NCBI GenBank assembly: GCA_046758745.1
Contig: JBHIAV010000005.1
Span: forward strand, 40,778 to 104,777
Length of the DNA stretch: 64,000 bases
Direction of reading: 5' to 3'
Source: Gemmatimonadota bacterium
GTDB taxonomy: Bacteria; Gemmatimonadota; Gemmatimonadetes; Palauibacterales; Palauibacteraceae
In this document: piece by piece, positions 61,685-64,000 of the stretch
Position numbering within the stretch: the first letter of the stretch is position 1
Layout: each line of letters begins with the position of its first letter
Notes under the pieces: generated by a model
Seen by the model: the letters and a program-made list of their open reading frames with translations, nothing else
What the model was told of the DNA's origin: nothing
Databases searched by the model: none
Program-made: the position numbers and the translations under genes

Positions 61685-61860
61685 TGGCGGCCTGGCTTCA
61701 CCACCCCGCGTCCGCCACGCTCCATCGGAAGCTGTTACAGCGCGGGCGGCTGGGCGGACCGTGGCGAGCGTCCCTTACCCTGCACATCTTCAGAGGGGAG
61801 AGAGCACCTATCATCGGACCGGTGAGAGGAACCTGTCCACACGCGACGAAGGTGGTCAAG

Positions 61861-62295
61861 ATGCGAGGTACGATCTTAGCACTGGCTGTCGCCGGGGTGG
61901 GGTGCGCCGGAGCTTCCGCCTATCTGCCGAACGAGCCGGGCAGCTCGCTCGTCGATCTGAGCAGCCAGTCGGATCGGGAGAGATGGGTCGCCGAGCATCC
62001 GGACGAGAGCGAGGGGATCCGGGCGGCACTGCTGGAGGGCGTCTTCGTCTCCGGCATGAGTATGGAGCACGTGCGAGTGATCACCAACCCGCGGCGCGCC
62101 GGCACGACCGGAGGCGGTTTCTGGCGCCGCTTCGAGACGGTCGGTGAGACGCGGTACCGTTGGTATGTGGCCGGCGCGCGAGAACCCTTCGACGATGCGC
62201 GTGGCCGTCCCGTGTGCGAGCTCGTCTTCGTCCAAGATATCCTGAACACGGTGCGGTATTGCGGCCGGCGTGAAGTCGCCGACACGAAGCGATGA
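61861..62295 (+). CDS. Hypothetical lipoprotein (BamE/OmlA-like GMS.E.V motif)
   Basis: Signal MRGTILALAVAGVGC; GMSMEHV, then W-Y-rich beta strands. Confidence 0.65.
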   Translation: MRGTILALAVAGVGCAGASAYLPNEPGSSLVDLSSQSDRERWVAEHPDESEGIRAALLEGVFVSGMSMEHVRVITNPRRAGTTGGGFWRRFETVGETRYRWYVAGAREPFDDARGRPVCELVFVQDILNTVRYCGRREVADTKR

Positions 62296-62813
62296 CCCGA
62301 GGGACTTCAGCCGGTGCTTCGCGCGAGCCCGGTCCCCTTCACCATCTGGACCCGGCCCATTCCTCTCCGACCGCCTCGGACGACCGCGTACTTCTTTGCA
62401 CGACGGTGCACTTTTTTGGGTCGCCCGGGCGCTCCCCTCATCCCACGCCCGAAAGGCATCGGCTACGACCGAGCGTGGCCGCCATGACACATCGTGGAAT
62501 CGGGTGTCGCAGTTGCCATTGACCGGGTTCGAGCGTCCCGTAGCGCCCGGCGTGTGGAGCCAGCACCACAGGCGAGGGCATCGATCTGCTGAGCGCTCTC
62601 TACAGGAGGACCCGCCGCGCCCCCGCCCGGTCCCTCTCCGGATCGCCGGGAAAGCCTTTGCGCAGGGCAGAGGGTATTCCGCGAAGGCGTCGCAAATTGC
62701 AACGAGATGGGGCCTTTCGAAGGCACGTGTCGATCCGCGTGCGAGTGGTACAAGTCTCTGTGCGGAAGAGAGATCACCTGACCGGAGGGGAGGTAGTGGT
62801 CCTCCCCTCTCAC

Positions 62814-62829
62814 GGGTATGCGCCTTGCC
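62814..62829 (+). promoter_or_regulatory. Candidate sigma54 (-24/-12) promoter upstream of the flp pilins
   Basis: GGGTATGCGCCTTGC: GG (62815-16), 10 nt, GC (62827-28), with TTGC at -12. Confidence 0.45.
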
Positions 62830-63147
62830 CTTCGCCGGGCACGGTCGGGTCGTGCACAGTCGCGGCTGCAACGCATGGCCGCGCGAGCCGTGGCACGATT
62901 CGTCCACACAGGGCAAGCGAGCGCAGTCCGCGGTCGGGACCGTCCCGATGCGCGCTTCCTACCGGTCGCCAGCCGGAGCGGGAGAAGAGGAAAAGCCTGG
63001 GCTGTGTCGGTCGCCTCGGGGAGCCGGGTCAGAATCGCCCGGCGCAACACCCCCGGCGGACAGGATCCGGCGCTTCCGTGGGAAGGTTGAGAAGGCTGGC
63101 CTGGCCGCCTCCAAACTCGAACGGCAAACACGCCGGGAGGACAAGGC

Positions 63148-63321
63148 ATGCGGCAGGCTCTTCGAAACCTCTGGCAAGATGAGGCGGGCCAGGATCTCGC
63201 GGAGTACGCCATTCTGCTCGCGCTGATCACGGTCGTCGTGATCGCGGTGCTTCAGGTGCTCGGTCCGACGATCCGGGACTTCTTCAACGACGTCGGCGAC
63301 AACATGGAGTCGCTGACCTAA
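63148..63321 (+). CDS. flp: Flp family type IVb pilin (copy 1)
   Basis: Not in the ORF track. MRQALRNLWQDEAG/QDLAEYAILLALITVVVIAVLQVLGPTIRDFFNDVGDNMESLT; G/xxxxEY motif; GGGAGG RBS. Confidence 0.93.
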   Translation: MRQALRNLWQDEAGQDLAEYAILLALITVVVIAVLQVLGPTIRDFFNDVGDNMESLT

Positions 63322-63399
63322 AGATCGGCCAGACAGTCTGGCGGCCGGGCCCGACCCGCGCCGTTTCACCCAACTTCGGCCTTGCGCCGGGAGGAATTC

Positions 63400-63570
63400 A
63401 TGCTGGCACACCTCGAGAACCTTTGGAAGGACGAGTCCGGTCAGGACCTCGCGGAATACGCGATCCTGCTGGCCCTCATCGCTATCGTCGTGATCGCCGC
63501 CGTGCGTCTGCTCGGCCCGACGATCCGCAACGTGTTCCAGGACATCAACGACAACCTGTCGACGCCGTAA
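63400..63570 (+). CDS. flp: Flp family type IVb pilin (copy 2)
   Basis: MLAHLENLWKDESG/QDLAEYAILLALIAIVVIAAVRLLGPTIRNVF; GGAGGA RBS. Confidence 0.93.
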   Translation: MLAHLENLWKDESGQDLAEYAILLALIAIVVIAAVRLLGPTIRNVFQDINDNLSTP

Positions 63571-63633
63571 CGACGGAGAGGCGTCCCTCGGGTTCATTGC
63601 GATCCAGGGCGCACCGCGAAGATCGACAGCAGA

Positions 63634-63670
63634 GCGCCGGGGGCGGCCGGCGAAGGCCGTCTCTCGGCGC
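63634..63670 (+). terminator. Stable hairpin between the pilins and the prepilin peptidase
   Basis: GCGCCGGGGGCGGCC-GGCGAA-GGCCGTCTCTCGGCGC stem with G-U pairs; no U-tract. Confidence 0.45.
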
Positions 63671-63729
63671 CAGCCGTAGCTAGCAGCGTTCTTCGAACTT
63701 CAACCAGGCTATAAGGCCAAGGGGCGACC

Positions 63730-64000
63730 GTGGACTTGATCGCCGCAGCGCTGATCGTACTCGCCGCCACCGCGGCAGCGTTCGATCTCGGCACGCGGCG
63801 CATTCCCAACTATCTTACGGTGACGGGTCTGCTCCTCGCGCTTGCTCTGCGGGCATTGGACGGTGGTGAAATGTTGCTCGGAGGGTTGGGCGGAGCGGCG
63901 CTGGCTCTGGCGCTCTCCTTCCCGCTCTTCATCGTCGGCGGATTTGGCGGCGGCGACGTGAAGCTGCTGGTGGCCGTTGGCGCCTTTCTCGGACCCGGCC
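63730..64000 (+). CDS. cpaA: A24 prepilin peptidase (CpaA/TadV); runs off the window edge
   Basis: Manual translation VDLIAAALIVLAATAAAFDLGTRRIPNYLT...GGFGGGDVKLL shows both catalytic Asp motifs. Confidence 0.9.
   Translation, partial: MDLIAAALIVLAATAAAFDLGTRRIPNYLTVTGLLLALALRALDGGEMLLGGLGGAALALALSFPLFIVGGFGGGDVKLLVAVGAFLGPG

Noticed and set aside
62895..63147. c-di-GMP-I (GEMM) riboswitch before the pilins (CACAGGGCAAG resemblance)
   Set aside because: It lacks the GAAA tetraloop, GACGCAAA junction and receptor stem. An Infernal RF01051 search would settle it.

Overview
High-GC bacterial chromosomal window, densely coding and mostly housekeeping. The gene set, gene order and tmRNA tag (ANDNLALAA) suggest Gemmatimonadota, which is an inference and not a database result. 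From left to right: (1) a partial Mrp/ApbC ATPase, HmuY and hemC; (2) an envelope-biogenesis region (split heptose enzymes rfaE2 and rfaE1, an LptE-like and a LolB-like lipoprotein, an LpxH-like hydrolase, murI, mlaEFD) containing tRNA-Sec, ridA and fhs; (3) greA, tmRNA, an orphan larB and a ptsN-zinc-ribbon pair; (4) a ~38 kb minus-strand run: rnz-aroA-cmk-rpsA, an LppC-like lipoprotein, propionyl-CoA carboxylase and methylmalonyl-CoA mutase, argS-pfkB-purM-ribDE-ribBA-ribH-nusB, a GT4, hpf-hprK-mannose-class PTS-ptsH-ptsI-metK-ahcY, a cobalamin riboswitch with btuFCD, recO and selB; (5) an accessory end with a degenerate GGDEF protein carrying an unrecognised triple repeat, an orphan E1-alpha, small proteins, and the start of a Tad/Flp pilus locus (two pilins and a prepilin peptidase) behind a candidate sigma54 promoter. 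No CRISPR array, IS element, integrase or prophage was seen. The best novelty leads are the catalytically dead, I-site-intact GGDEF protein near the Tad locus, a lipoprotein that seems to need a CUG start, a shortened CdsZ/HP0958-like protein paired with PtsN, a stand-alone secreted FlgD/CTD-like domain coupled to selB, and the 27-nt tandem-repeat tail of rpsA. Start codons were chosen by eye and many are approximate.
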